This document shows, one piece after another, positions 38,208 through 48,160 of a DNA stretch of 64,000 nucleotides. Positions within the stretch are counted from its first letter, which is position 1. Every line of letters starts with the position of its first letter. The notes below the pieces were generated by a model that was not told the DNA's origin, did not search any database, and was given only the letters and a program-made list of their open reading frames with translations. Position numbers and translations under genes: made by a program. Origin of the DNA: Nannocystis bainbridge (lineage in GTDB: Bacteria > Myxococcota_A > Polyangia > Nannocystales > Nannocystaceae); NCBI RefSeq assembly GCF_028368995.1, contig NZ_JAQNDL010000004.1, positions 384,001 through 448,000 of the forward strand, read 5' to 3'.

Positions 38208-40288
38208 GGGCTCTCCGCGGCCTTGGCGGCCCCTTCGGTCCTCGTGCCCGGGTCCTTGGGCTCGGTCGGGATCCGAATGAGGAAGGTTACCCCCGCCGTT
38301 TCATTGCGCGTCACTGCGATGGTCCCCTGGTGCTCCATCACGATCCGGTAGCTGATCGACAGGCCCAATCCTGTCCCCTTGCCGACCGGCTTGGTGGTGA
38401 AGAAGGGATCGAAAATCTTCGAGAGGTTGGCTTCCGAGATGCCTTCGCCGTCGTCCTTGACCGCGATCTCGACCCAGGCGCCGTTGACCCGCGTGTCCAC
38501 GTGAACTTCGCCCCCGCGCGGGGTGGCGTCGATCGCGTTGTTCACGAGGTTCAGTACTACCTGGTTGAGCTTGGCAGGGAAGCAGGCGTAAGGGCGCGTC
38601 AGCGTGAGGTCGGACGTCAACTTGACGCCCTGGTCGCGCGCGTTGTTGGAGAGGATCATCAGGGTCTGACGGATCCCCTCGTCGATGTCGGCGTTCTGGA
38701 ACTGCGCCTCGTCGAGGCGGGCGAAGTTGCGGAGCCCGAGCACGATCTCGGCCATGCGATCGAGGCCGATGAAGCACTCCTCGAGCACCTTCTGCGTGCG
38801 CGCGAGGACCTCGTCGAGCGAGCCTTCCTTCTGCTCGCGGCTCTGGCTGACGTAGCTGAAGAACATCTTGAGCAGCTCGAGCTGCTTCGGCGCGGGCATG
38901 CTGCCGAGGTCGGCGATGACGTCCTTGGCGTCGGAGCCGATGTCTTTGTCTTCCTTCAGCTTGTCGAGGATCGCCCGGGCCGCGCTGACGCGCGCATGCG
39001 GGTCGCCGCCGGCGTCGGCCTCGAGCCAGCGCTGGACCGCGAGCCGCCGCGCGACCTTGAGGACGCGCTCGTGGGCGAGGTGCGTGTTGTTGCGGCTGAA
39101 GGCCAGCGGGTTGTTGATCTCGTGGGCGACGCCGGCGGTGAGCTGGCCGAGGCTGGCGAGCTTCTCGCCCTGGACGAGCTGGGCCTGGGTCTGCTTGAGC
39201 TCGACGAGGCTCTCCTGGAGGCCCTCGTAGAGCTGGTTGTTCGTCAGCGAGATCGCGGTCTGGCTGGCGAGCGAGAGCGTCAGCTCGAGCGCGGCGTCGT
39301 CGTACGGGAGGACGACGCTGTCGATGTCGGCGGCCGTCAGCGTGGCGGTGCGCGAGATCTTGCGGTTGATGAGCTGGAGGACGCCGATGACCTGGTCGTC
39401 CTGGTTCTTCATCGGCAGCACGAGCATGCTGCGCGTGCGGTAGCCGGTGCGCTGATCGAAGGCGGGGTTGAAGCTGTACTCGGCCTTGGGATCGAGCAGG
39501 TAGGCGTCAGGGATGTTGACGGGCTCGCCGGTGACGGCGACGTAGCCGGCGAGGGTGCTCTTCGAGACCGGGATGGTGAACTTGACCAGCTCGAGGTGCG
39601 GCAGCGAGTCGTTCTGCGAGTTGTTGAAGCGCAGGCGCCTGGTGCCGGACGCGTCCTTCTCGACGATGTAGAGCGAGCCGGCGTCGGAGCAGGTGAAGTC
39701 GCGGGCGGTGGTGAGGATGAAGTCGAGGAGCCGCTCCTGATCACGCTCGGTCGACAGGGCGATGCCGATGCGATTGAGCTTGGTGATCTCGCCGGCGAGG
39801 CGGCGACGCTCGGCCTCGAGGCCGAGCAGACGATCGTCGGCGGCGGCGTCGCGGAGGGCGGTGCGGAGCGCGACCTGGAGCGCGGCGGCACCTGGCTCCG
39901 GGGACAGGATCGAGGAGAGCACGTCGCCGAAGCGCTGCTGCAGCGCGTCGGCGCCGGAGCCCGGCAACATGCTGATGATGCGGGTGGGGCCGACGGGCTG
40001 GAGCTCGACGCGGCCGTCGTCGCAGAGGAGGTGCTCGTCGAGGAGGACGATGCACGACCGACCGGCGCGCCGCGTGGCGACGACGGTGCCGAGCTCGCGC
40101 GGAGCGACGGGTCGCAGCTCGCCGGACGAGCGGCACAGAGCGGCGGTCGCCGAGCCGGCGAAGGCCGCCGAGCACAGCAGCAGCGGGGTCAACGGCTCGG
40201 GACGAGGCGCAGGCACAGGCCCGGTGGGTCCGGCCGCGTCACCCGGGGGCGCGGTGCTGGCTGCGTCGTCGGCCTGCACAGTGTTCAT
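38204..40288 (-). CDS. Cytoplasmic GAF-domain sensor histidine kinase
   Basis: PDE-type GAF ([43 protein letters not shown]), [34 protein letters not shown]; no TM; stop overlaps tnaA start. Confidence 0.92.
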   Translation of the reverse strand: MNTVQADDAASTAPPGDAAGPTGPVPAPRPEPLTPLLLCSAAFAGSATAALCRSSGELRPVAPRELGTVVATRRAGRSCIVLLDEHLLCDDGRVELQPVGPTRIISMLPGSGADALQQRFGDVLSSILSPEPGAAALQVALRTALRDAAADDRLLGLEAERRRLAGEITKLNRIGIALSTERDQERLLDFILTTARDFTCSDAGSLYIVEKDASGTRRLRFNNSQNDSLPHLELVKFTIPVSKSTLAGYVAVTGEPVNIPDAYLLDPKAEYSFNPAFDQRTGYRTRSMLVLPMKNQDDQVIGVLQLINRKISRTATLTAADIDSVVLPYDDAALELTLSLASQTAISLTNNQLYEGLQESLVELKQTQAQLVQGEKLASLGQLTAGVAHEINNPLAFSRNNTHLAHERVLKVARRLAVQRWLEADAGGDPHARVSAARAILDKLKEDKDIGSDAKDVIADLGSMPAPKQLELLKMFFSYVSQSREQKEGSLDEVLARTQKVLEECFIGLDRMAEIVLGLRNFARLDEAQFQNADIDEGIRQTLMILSNNARDQGVKLTSDLTLTRPYACFPAKLNQVVLNLVNNAIDATPRGGEVHVDTRVNGAWVEIAVKDDGEGISEANLSKIFDPFFTTKPVGKGTGLGLSISYRIVMEHQGTIAVTRNETAGVTFLIRIPTEPKDPGTRTEGAAKAAESP

Positions 40289-40441
40289 GATGGTCGGAGA
40301 ACCGGAGCGCAAAAACAAGAGTCACCGCTGCATCTGCACGACGTGAGGTCGGTGCCCGCGGACCCACACCGACGTCGCGACGACGACGCGGCGCGGGCTG
40401 CACCCGCGACGCGTCGAAGTCCTCAGCGGACGATACCGCGC

Positions 40442-41812
40442 TCACATGTTGACTTCGGGCAGCTCGGCCAACGCCGCCTCGATCGCCGCCTGCGGGTAGG
40501 CGTAGTCGGTCAGCTCGCCGCGGAAGTAGGCGTCGTAGGCCGTCATGTCGAAGTGGCCGTGGCCGCAGAGGTTGAACAGGATCACCGGCGAGGTGCCCTC
40601 TTCCTTGGCGCGGATGGCCTCGCGGATCACCTGAGCCACGGCGTGGCCGGCTTCGGGCGCGGGGACGATGCCCTCGGCGCGCAGGAAGGTGACCGCCGAC
40701 TTGAAGGCCTCGAGCTGCGGGACCGAGTAGGCCTCGATCAGCTTCTGGTCGTACAGCTCGCTGATGACGCTGCCGACGCCGTGGTAGCGCAGGCCGCCCG
40801 CGTGCACCGGCGGCGGGATGAACTTGGCGCCGAGCGTGTGCATCTTGACCATCGGCGCCATGCCGGCGGTGTCGCCGTAGTCGTAGGCGTACACGCCGCG
40901 CGTGAGGGTCGGGCAGGCCGCGGGCTCGACCGCGACGACCCGCACGTTGCGGCCGTGGACGATCTTGTCGCGCAGGTAGGGCACGGCGATGCCGGCGAAG
41001 TTGCTGCCGCCGCCGACGCAGCCGACGATGATGTCGGGGCTGTCACCGGCGCGGTCGAGCTGCAGCATCGCCTCCTGGCCGATGACCGACTGATGCATCA
41101 GCACGTGGTTCAGCACCGAGCCGAGCGCGTACTTGTACTTGCCGCCGCTCTTGGCCGCCATCTCGACGGCCTCGCTGATGGCGATGCCGAGGCTGCCGGT
41201 GCTGTCCGGATCCTGGGCCAGGATCGATCGCCCCGACTCGGTGCGGTCGCTCGGGCTGGCGGTGACGTTGGCGCCGAAGCTCTGGATGATCGCGCGCCGG
41301 TACGGCTTCTGGTGGAAGCTGACCTTCACCATGAAGACGTGGCACTCGAGGTTGAAGAAGTTGCAGGCCTGCGACAGGGCAGTGCCCCACTGACCCGCGC
41401 CGGTCTCGGTGGTCAGGCCGACGACGCCGGCCTGCTTGTTGTAGAAGGCCTGCGGGATCGCGGTGTTCAGCTTGTGGCTGCCGCTCGGCGAGACGCCCTC
41501 GTACTTGTAGTAGATCTTCGCCGTGGTCCCGAGGGCCTTCTCCAGGCGCCTGGCCCGCATCAGCGGCGTGGGGCGCCACAGCTTGTAGATCTCCCGGACC
41601 TCCTCCGGGATGTCGATGAAGCGCTCGCGCGAGACCTCCTGGTTGATGATCTCCGCGGGGAACAGCGGCAGCAGGTCGTCTGGAGTAACCGGGCTCTTGG
41701 TACCGGGGTGCAGGACCACGGGGAGCGGGCGCGGAAGATCGGCCTGGATGTTGTACCAACGTGTCGGAATTGCGCTCTGGGGGAGTTCAAAACGCGTCAG
41801 GGACTCGGTCAT
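40442..41812 (-). CDS. trpB2: TrpB2 (TrpB-like PLP enzyme, stand-alone tryptophan synthase beta)
   Basis: IPTRWYNIQADLP, WRPTPLMRARRLE, GSHKLNTA, TETGAGQWG, GSVLNHV, GGGSNF, HAGGLRYHG. Confidence 0.93.
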   Translation of the reverse strand: MTESLTRFELPQSAIPTRWYNIQADLPRPLPVVLHPGTKSPVTPDDLLPLFPAEIINQEVSRERFIDIPEEVREIYKLWRPTPLMRARRLEKALGTTAKIYYKYEGVSPSGSHKLNTAIPQAFYNKQAGVVGLTTETGAGQWGTALSQACNFFNLECHVFMVKVSFHQKPYRRAIIQSFGANVTASPSDRTESGRSILAQDPDSTGSLGIAISEAVEMAAKSGGKYKYALGSVLNHVLMHQSVIGQEAMLQLDRAGDSPDIIVGCVGGGSNFAGIAVPYLRDKIVHGRNVRVVAVEPAACPTLTRGVYAYDYGDTAGMAPMVKMHTLGAKFIPPPVHAGGLRYHGVGSVISELYDQKLIEAYSVPQLEAFKSAVTFLRAEGIVPAPEAGHAVAQVIREAIRAKEEGTSPVILFNLCGHGHFDMTAYDAYFRGELTDYAYPQAAIEAALAELPEVNM

Positions 41813-42151
41813 TCGCGGCGCTCCAGTCTCGCTCGACCTTTATATCGCGAGGCGTCGCTGCGACAAAGGCCCACGGGTCGGTCGCGGCCTCGGCTTTCGT
41901 CGGCGGGCTGCGGTCCTTGCCCCGTGTTCGCCGAGGTGCACCCCGAGCCGTAGATCGGCTGTTCTTTGGGCCATGCGCCGCAATTCGCGGGGCGCGCCGG
42001 CCGCTGCGCCCGGCGCCCGTGCGCATGCGCGTGGACGCGCCGGGTCGGCAAAACCGGCTGAAACGGGCTTCTGGGGCCATTTGGCGGGCCTCGCCGCGGC
42101 GCGCTTCGGCCGATGCGCGCGGAGTCACGGACCGCGGCGCGCGGACAGGTG

Positions 42152-43870
42152 TCACCGCCGCTTTGCCGCGCGTAGGCGCGCGAAGTACTCGCGGTAGGCC
42201 CGCATCGTCACGCCGGCGAACAGCAGCGTGATCGGGATGTTGACCCACAGCATCACGCCAGTGCCGACCGAGGTGATGTTGTCGAGTTCAGCCTCGGTGC
42301 TGATCCAGCCTGCGCAGGCGAGCAGGATGCTCAGGCAGTAGACGATCTTGTACGGGACGACTGACCGCCGTCCCGCCATGTAGACCATGCCCTGCTCGCC
42401 GTAATAGGCGTACGAGATCATGGTCGACACCGCGAACAGCCACGAGGCCACGGCCACGAGCCACTTCCCGAGCCCCGGGGCCACGCGATCGAAGGCGTGG
42501 CTGGTCAGCGCGGCGCCGACGTAGTCCTTGTAGACGTCGAGGCCTGCGAGCGCAGGCGCGCTGGCGAGCGGCGCCGCCGGGGAGCCCACCGGAGACCAGT
42601 CGACATAGAGGCGATCTCCCGCCCCGACAGCGACGACGCCGCTGACTCGCTGCAGGTCGCCGCCGGTGGCCGGATCGATCGGGCCGTAGCGCGCGAGCAT
42701 GAACACCCCGTCGCCGGGCCGCCAGCCGGTGCCGGTGATCGCCAGCGCCTGCGCATGTTTCTCGGGCAATGGCGTATCGGACAGGTCCCAACAGCCAGGT
42801 TCGATCTGGACCGCGGCCGGCGGGGCGGACAGCGAGGCCTCGCCGTCGCGACACCAGGCGCCGCTGGCCAGCACGACCAGCGAGGTGAGGGTGCAGACGA
42901 CGAGGGTGTCGATGAAGGGCTCGAGGCCGGCGACCACGCCCTCGCGCACGGGCTCGTCGGTCCGCGCGGCGCAGTGGGCGATCGGCGAGGTGCCCTGGCC
43001 GGCCTCGCTCGAGAACAGGGCCCGCTTCATGCCCCACACGAAGGCGGCGCCCGAGGTGCCGCCGACGAACGCGCCGGCGGCGTCGGCTGGGGAGAAGGCG
43101 GAGGCGACGATGAGGCGCAGCATCGCCGGGATGTCGGCGACGTGGACCGCGAGCACGTAGAGGGCGGCGGCGAGGTAGAGGAAGCACATCGCCGGGACCA
43201 GGGCGCCCGCGACGGCGCCGATCCGCTTGATGCCGCCGAGGATGACGGCGCCGACCAACAGCGCGAGCACGACGCCGACGGCCTGCTGCGGCACGCCGAA
43301 GCTCTCCTCGGTGACGATGCCGACGTTCCACGCCTGGAACATGTTGCCGCCGGTGAGCGTGCTGATGAGGAGGGTGATGCAGAACAGGACGCCGAGGACG
43401 CGGCCGACGGGCCGCAGCTTCTCGCTGCGCTGGGCGAGGCCGTCGTCGGCGACCCACATCGGCCCGCCGCTCGGCTCGTCCGGGTTGTCGGTGCGCCGGT
43501 ACAGCATCGACAGCGTGACCTCGGTGGTCTTGAGCGCCATGCCGGCGATGCCGACCATCCACATCCAGAACACCGCGCCCGGGCCCCCGAGCGCGATGGC
43601 GACGGCGACCCCGCCGATGTTGCCGAGGCCCACGGTGGCCGACAGCGCGGCGGAGAGGGCCTGGAAGTGGCTGATGGCCCCGGGCGCGTCGGGCTTGTCG
43701 TAGTCGCCGCGGATGATGGCGACGCCGTGGGTGAGCGCGTGGTACTGGCAGAAGCCGCTCCACACGGTGAACAAGAGGCCGGTGGCCATCACGGCGTAGA
43801 GCACGCTGTCGTGCCACAAGACCGCGTTGATGGCCGTCAGCCAGTCGTTGATGGCGATCCAGATCTCCAC
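42152..43870 (-). CDS. Alanine/glycine:cation symporter (AlsT/AgcS family)
   Basis: ISHFQAL..ATVGLGNIGGVA, GGPGAVFWMW, GGPM, GGIKRIG, LEPFIDTLVVC, YYGE. Confidence 0.92.
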   Translation of the reverse strand: MEIWIAINDWLTAINAVLWHDSVLYAVMATGLLFTVWSGFCQYHALTHGVAIIRGDYDKPDAPGAISHFQALSAALSATVGLGNIGGVAVAIALGGPGAVFWMWMVGIAGMALKTTEVTLSMLYRRTDNPDEPSGGPMWVADDGLAQRSEKLRPVGRVLGVLFCITLLISTLTGGNMFQAWNVGIVTEESFGVPQQAVGVVLALLVGAVILGGIKRIGAVAGALVPAMCFLYLAAALYVLAVHVADIPAMLRLIVASAFSPADAAGAFVGGTSGAAFVWGMKRALFSSEAGQGTSPIAHCAARTDEPVREGVVAGLEPFIDTLVVCTLTSLVVLASGAWCRDGEASLSAPPAAVQIEPGCWDLSDTPLPEKHAQALAITGTGWRPGDGVFMLARYGPIDPATGGDLQRVSGVVAVGAGDRLYVDWSPVGSPAAPLASAPALAGLDVYKDYVGAALTSHAFDRVAPGLGKWLVAVASWLFAVSTMISYAYYGEQGMVYMAGRRSVVPYKIVYCLSILLACAGWISTEAELDNITSVGTGVMLWVNIPITLLFAGVTMRAYREYFARLRAAKRR

Positions 43871-43995
43871 GAGCGGACGAGGGCCGCATGATGGCGGCCC
43901 GACCTGCGCGGCGCAATGACCGGGGCGGGGCCAGGCGAGCGGTCGGCGACTTTGCTGGATTAATTAAAGGAGAGGCGCGGCGGCCGGCCCGCGGC

Positions 43996-44970
43996 TCAGC
44001 CGGCCGGGGCGGATGGGGCCACCGGGGGCGGGCTCGCGGCGGCGGCGGACTGGCCGGCGGCGAGCGGCGTGGCGGGGCTCGTCATCGGCGTCGCGGGCGG
44101 GTCGGCGGCGTCTGCGGGCGCGGGCTTGCCGAGCTGCGGGGCGTCAGGACGGATCCCCGGCGGGACCTCGACGCGCTCGCCGACTGTGATGAGGCTGGCG
44201 TAGCGGAGCAGGCTGACCTTCACCAGCAGATCGGAGAAGGCCCACTCGGTCTCGAAGTTGGTGGCGACGGGGATGTCGACCGCGCCATCGGGGCCGGGCG
44301 CGGGCAGCTCGCGCGAGGGGACGCGCGTGGGTGGGCCGTAGACGCGGGTGTAGTGGGCGACGGCGTCCTCGTAGTCGGCGAGCGCGGGCGCGGGGTCCTT
44401 GGCGGTGCGCTGGTACGAGACGTGGCGCAGCGGATGATCGACGCTGTCGAACACGAACAGCAGGCGGCCCTCGGACCGCGGCCGCGGGCGATCGGTGAGC
44501 TGCTCGCTGCGGGTCTTGGGGCAGCTGAAGCGGACCTGCGGGTTGGCCTCGCGCTTGCTCTTGCGATCGAGCCACGAGGCGGCGGTGACAGCGTCCTCGC
44601 CGCGGGCGCGGGCGTCCTCGAGGCGCTTGCGCTCGACCTTGCGGCGACCCTCCATGCTGGCGCGGATCGAGGTGTCGCCGCAGGCGAGGCCGAGGCGCGC
44701 GGCGAGGGCCTCGGCGTCGGCGACGTGGTGGCGGCCGACGTCGGTGTGCATGGCGACGGTGACGGGCGCGCGCGGCCCCGGGCGCGGATCTTTGAACTCG
44801 AAGCGCCACTCCTGCTCCCTGCGCGCGAACAGGCCGGCGAGGCCGGAGCCGGTCGCGGTCGCGGTCGGCTGGGTGGGCTCCGCGGCGGGCTCGGGCCGCT
44901 GTTCGCCAGCGCCGCAGGCGGCGAGGCCGAGGACGCAGGCGAGAAGGGTGAGGCGCGAGGCGAGCAGCAT
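43996..44970 (-). CDS. Hypothetical lipoprotein
   Basis: MLLASRLTLLACVLGLAAC lipobox; high-GC3 coding pattern. Confidence 0.7.
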   Translation of the reverse strand: MLLASRLTLLACVLGLAACGAGEQRPEPAAEPTQPTATATGSGLAGLFARREQEWRFEFKDPRPGPRAPVTVAMHTDVGRHHVADAEALAARLGLACGDTSIRASMEGRRKVERKRLEDARARGEDAVTAASWLDRKSKREANPQVRFSCPKTRSEQLTDRPRPRSEGRLLFVFDSVDHPLRHVSYQRTAKDPAPALADYEDAVAHYTRVYGPPTRVPSRELPAPGPDGAVDIPVATNFETEWAFSDLLVKVSLLRYASLITVGERVEVPPGIRPDAPQLGKPAPADAADPPATPMTSPATPLAAGQSAAAASPPPVAPSAPAG

Positions 44971-45002
44971 GGGAGGCGCGGGAAAGTTCTCGAAGGGCGG
45001 TG

Positions 45003-45297
45003 TGAACTTCGGGACAGGTCGATGAGGATCGAGATGAACTTCGGGACAGGCGCGGGTGCGGTGGCTCGGAGGGGGAAGTGTCGCGCGACGCTTCGGAGGC
45101 GGAGGTTCGAGGTGAACTTCGGGACAGGTCGCGCGGGAGGCCGGATGAACTTCGGGACAGGTCGCGCGGGAGGCCGGATGAACTTCGGGGCAGGTCGCGC
45201 GGGGCTTGGGGCGGGCCGGAGATCGGGGGAACTTTGGGACAGGTCGCGCGGGGACGCGGGGCCGGGGGCGGGTGTACTTCGGGACAGGTCGCGCGGG
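45003..45297 (+). repeat. Seven-copy direct repeat GAACTTCGGGACAGGTCGCGCGGG
   Basis: Copies at 45004, 45036, 45114, 45147, 45180, 45229, 45274; core TGAAC-TTCG-GGACA is a variant of the 14-mer. Confidence 0.9.
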
Positions 45298-45314
45298 TGG
45301 CTGCGGAGCGGTGG

Positions 45315-45800
45315 TCAGCGGCCGAGCAAGATGCGGGCGCCGGCGATCGCCTGGCGCAGCTCGGGGTCGCTGACGTCGGACATGGCGCGGCTGGTGGCGT
45401 CGCTGGGCTCGGCCGTCATGGTCGGCGGAGCGAGCGCGGCTGCGGGCAGGGCGAGCGGGCGCGGGCTGGGCGTAGGGACGGCGCCGAGGCGGAACCTCAG
45501 GCCGCCGAGGCGGGCCTCGGGGGCCAGCTGCTGGAGCTTGCCCAGGAGCTGGTCCCGCGAGTACATCAGTTCGTGGTGGTACTGACTGTCCTCGACCACG
45601 ACGATGACCTCGTCCCGCACGACCGCGAGCGGATAGGCGCGCCCGCGCAGCCACGGCATGTTGAGCCGCTCCCAGGCGGCGCGGACGTAGACCAGCCGGA
45701 CCATGTGGTCGGGGACGATGGTCTTGACCAGCCGCCACACGGCGTCGGCGAGCGGCTGCGGACCGCGGGCGAACGAGCGGCGAGGACGACGGGCGGCCAT
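45315..45800 (-). CDS. DUF721/DciA-like protein
   Basis: AAWERL..AYPLAVVRDEVIVVVEDSQYHHELMYSRDQLLGKL..LRFRLG resembles the DUF721 pattern. Confidence 0.6.
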   Translation of the reverse strand: MAARRPRRSFARGPQPLADAVWRLVKTIVPDHMVRLVYVRAAWERLNMPWLRGRAYPLAVVRDEVIVVVEDSQYHHELMYSRDQLLGKLQQLAPEARLGGLRFRLGAVPTPSPRPLALPAAALAPPTMTAEPSDATSRAMSDVSDPELRQAIAGARILLGR

Positions 45801-45809
45801 CACCGTCGA

Positions 45810-46220
45810 GTGTGCCACACCGCGCTGGCGTGGGCGGCGGCGCTCCTCACGCTCGGATGCGCGGCCCGGTCCGGATGGGAGCGGACCGACGCGCGGGCCT
45901 GCCGCCCGGCCGATCCGCCGCGGATCTGCGTGCTCGCCGAGCCCGACCGGGCCCTGGTGGTCCGCGCGGGCGGGACGGCGCTGGTGCCCGGCGAGTGCGC
46001 GTCGTCGCCCCGGCGCCGCGGCGGGTCGCTTCACGTGACGGCAGAGGACGGTCGAACCGGGGCGCGAGACGACCGCTGGCTGCGGACCGGTCGCGGGGCG
46101 ACGACGCGGATCACGGCGACCAACAAGGCGAAGCCGCGGGTGGTCGAGCGCGACCGCTGCACCGGGCAGATCGAGGCGGACATGGCCGAAGGGTCATCCG
46201 CAGCGCGCGGCCGCGAGTGA
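45810..46220 (+). CDS. Hypothetical lipoprotein
   Basis: ALAWAAALLTLGC lipobox after GTG 45810. Confidence 0.55.
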   Translation: MCHTALAWAAALLTLGCAARSGWERTDARACRPADPPRICVLAEPDRALVVRAGGTALVPGECASSPRRRGGSLHVTAEDGRTGARDDRWLRTGRGATTRITATNKAKPRVVERDRCTGQIEADMAEGSSAARGRE

Positions 46221-46266
46221 GGGGCGGCTGCGCGGCGAACGGGCGTGCCCGAATCGTCCGCGTAGC

Positions 46267-46360
46267 GGACATGCTCGAAGGGGCATGGCCGAACGAGCAT
46301 GCGCGAAGGGACATGCTCGAAGGGTCATGGCCGAACGAGCATGCTCGAAGGGACATGCTC
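46267..46360. repeat. 14-bp phased array with 42-bp higher-order repeat, convergent junction
   Basis: CATG 46270, 46284, 46298, 46312, 46326, 46340, 46354; 46267-46308 nearly identical to 46309-46350. Confidence 0.93.
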
Positions 46361-46430
46361 CGACAGCGAGGGGCCGGCCGCCCGGGGAGGCGGCCGGGTG
46401 TCCCGAGGGACAGGCGCGGGCTCGTGTCGC

Positions 46431-47300
46431 TCAGAGCGACGCGAGGCCGGCCTCGTAGGCCTGGCGGAGGCGGAGGGTCAGCGGGCCCTCGCGGCCGTCG
46501 GTGACCGGGAAGCCGTCGAGGGTGGTGACGGCGATCGGGCCGCGCACCGAGGAGGTCAGGAACACCTCGTCGGCGGCGCGCAGGTCGAACGGGTGCAGCG
46601 ACGACTCCTGGGCGGAGATCGCCAGCGAGGCGGCGAGCTCGAGCACGACCGCGCGGGTGATGCCGGGCAGGATGCCGTCGGAGATCGGCGGGGTGAACAG
46701 GACCCCGCCGAGGACCGCGAACACGTTGCTGGTCGCGCCCTCGGCGACCAGGCCGGCTGGGTTGACGAGCACCGCCTCGTCGTCGCCCGCGGCCAGGGCC
46801 TGGCGCAGGGCCTGGATGTTGGGCAGGTAGTTGGCGGTCTTGAACGCGGGGTCGAGCGCGCTGGCCGGGGCGCGCGTGACGTCGACGATCCGCGCCCGCA
46901 GGCCGCGGGAGTAGCCGGCCGCGTCGGGCAGGTCGAGCGGGATCGCCAGCACGGCCAGCGTCGGCGTCAGCGCCTTGCGCGGGTCGAGCATCAGCGGGCC
47001 GACGCCGCGGGTGACGACGATCCGCACCAGGCTGTCGGCGTTGCCGGTGGCAGCGTGGGTGGCGTCGAAGTGCACGCGCAGGTCGGCGTCCGACCAGGGC
47101 AGGTCGAGGCCGATGCCGTCGGCGCTGCGGCGCAGGCGGGCGGTGTGGGCCGCCCAGGAGACGGGGCGGCCGCTGGCGGTGCGCAGGGTCTCGAACACGG
47201 CGTCGCCGAACAAGAACCCGCGGTCGAGCACGGGCACCGCCGCCTCAGCGGGGTCGAGGGGGCGGCCGATGGTGGACAGGTACACGCGGGATGACGGCAT
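46431..47300 (-). CDS. Class IV aminotransferase (IlvE/PabC/Dat family)
   Basis: LDRGFLFGDAVFETLR, HTARL, FKTANYL, VAEGATSNVF, ILPGITR, ADEVFLTSS. Confidence 0.92.
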   Translation of the reverse strand: MPSSRVYLSTIGRPLDPAEAAVPVLDRGFLFGDAVFETLRTASGRPVSWAAHTARLRRSADGIGLDLPWSDADLRVHFDATHAATGNADSLVRIVVTRGVGPLMLDPRKALTPTLAVLAIPLDLPDAAGYSRGLRARIVDVTRAPASALDPAFKTANYLPNIQALRQALAAGDDEAVLVNPAGLVAEGATSNVFAVLGGVLFTPPISDGILPGITRAVVLELAASLAISAQESSLHPFDLRAADEVFLTSSVRGPIAVTTLDGFPVTDGREGPLTLRLRQAYEAGLASL

Positions 47301-47308
47301 AGCTTCAG

Positions 47309-47360
47309 AACATGTCGGATGAGACAGGGTGGAAGGGACAGGGTGAAACGGGCATGTCCT
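47309..47360. repeat. 14-bp phased palindrome array
   Basis: CATG 47311; CAGG 47325, 47339; CATG 47353. Confidence 0.8.
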
Positions 47361-48095
47361 TCAGGACCGGCGGAGACGGAGGCGGAGGCACAGGCCGACG
47401 GCCTCGAGGGCGATCGCGGGCGTCATCTTCGACGCGCCGCGCTCGCGGTCGGGGAACACGATCGGCAGCTCGCGCGCGCGCCTGCCGGCGCGCACGAGGC
47501 GGTACTTCATCTCGATCTGGAAGCCGTAGCCGCTGGCGGCCACGGCGCTGCGATCGAGGGCGGCGAGAGCGGCGCGGCCGTAGCAGACGAACCCGGCGGT
47601 CGGGTCGCGCAGGCCGAGGCCGAGCAGGGTGCGGGCGTAGAGGCCGCCGCCGCGCGACAGCAGGCGGCGCCCGAGGCTCCATCCGCGGGTGCCGCCGCCG
47701 GGCACGTAGCGCGAGCCGATCGCAAAGTCGGCGCCGGTCTCGCCGACCGCGGCGACCAGGCCCGGCAGGTAGGCGGGGTCGTGCGAGAAGTCGGCATCCA
47801 TGGTGATGATGTGGGTGAAGCTGTCCTCGTGCCGCAGGGCCCAGTCGATGCCGGCGAGGTAGGCGCGGCCGAGGCCCTGCTTGGCGGCGCGGTGGAGGAC
47901 GTGGACGCGGGCGTCGGCGGCGGCGAGGCCGTCGGCGAGGGCGCCGGTGCCGTCGGGGCTGGCGTCGTCGATGATGAGCACGCGCGCGTCGGGCAGCGCG
48001 GTGAGGATCGCCGCGGTGATCGGCTCGACGTTGTCGCGCTCGTTGTAGGTCGGCACGAGCACGAGCGGGCGTGGGCGATTGGCGGCGGCGCTCAT
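47361..48095 (-). CDS. Polyprenol monophosphomannose synthase-like GT2
   Basis: PTYNERDN, DDASPDGTG, GLGRAY, MDADFSHDP, GSRYVPGG, GYGFQIEM, FPDRERGASK. Confidence 0.92.
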   Translation of the reverse strand: MSAAANRPRPLVLVPTYNERDNVEPITAAILTALPDARVLIIDDASPDGTGALADGLAAADARVHVLHRAAKQGLGRAYLAGIDWALRHEDSFTHIITMDADFSHDPAYLPGLVAAVGETGADFAIGSRYVPGGGTRGWSLGRRLLSRGGGLYARTLLGLGLRDPTAGFVCYGRAALAALDRSAVAASGYGFQIEMKYRLVRAGRRARELPIVFPDRERGASKMTPAIALEAVGLCLRLRLRRS

Positions 48096-48160
48096 GGCAG
48101 GCAGCCCGCGCAGAGTACCCCGCGCCGGCGCAGGGTTGCGAGGCCGCGCGCCGGGCTGCT

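Noticed and set aside
38330-41953. 1207-aa plus-strand ORF and similar long antisense ORFs (22115-25555, 50764-53349, 9800-11767)
   Set aside because: Shadow frames of well-supported genes on the opposite strand; no recognisable motifs.
41809-42051. Possible Trp leader peptide upstream of trpB2
   Set aside because: Only one Trp codon, 80 aa long, no TnaC-like or attenuator structure that I could identify.
45003-45297. CRISPR array
   Set aside because: Spacers are irregular (about 8-54 bp), two are identical, and no cas genes are in the window.
43996-45738. 580-aa ORF reading through the repeat (RATCPEVHPAS units)
   Set aside because: A clear lipoprotein signal begins at 44970, and the extension overlaps the DUF721-like gene in another frame.
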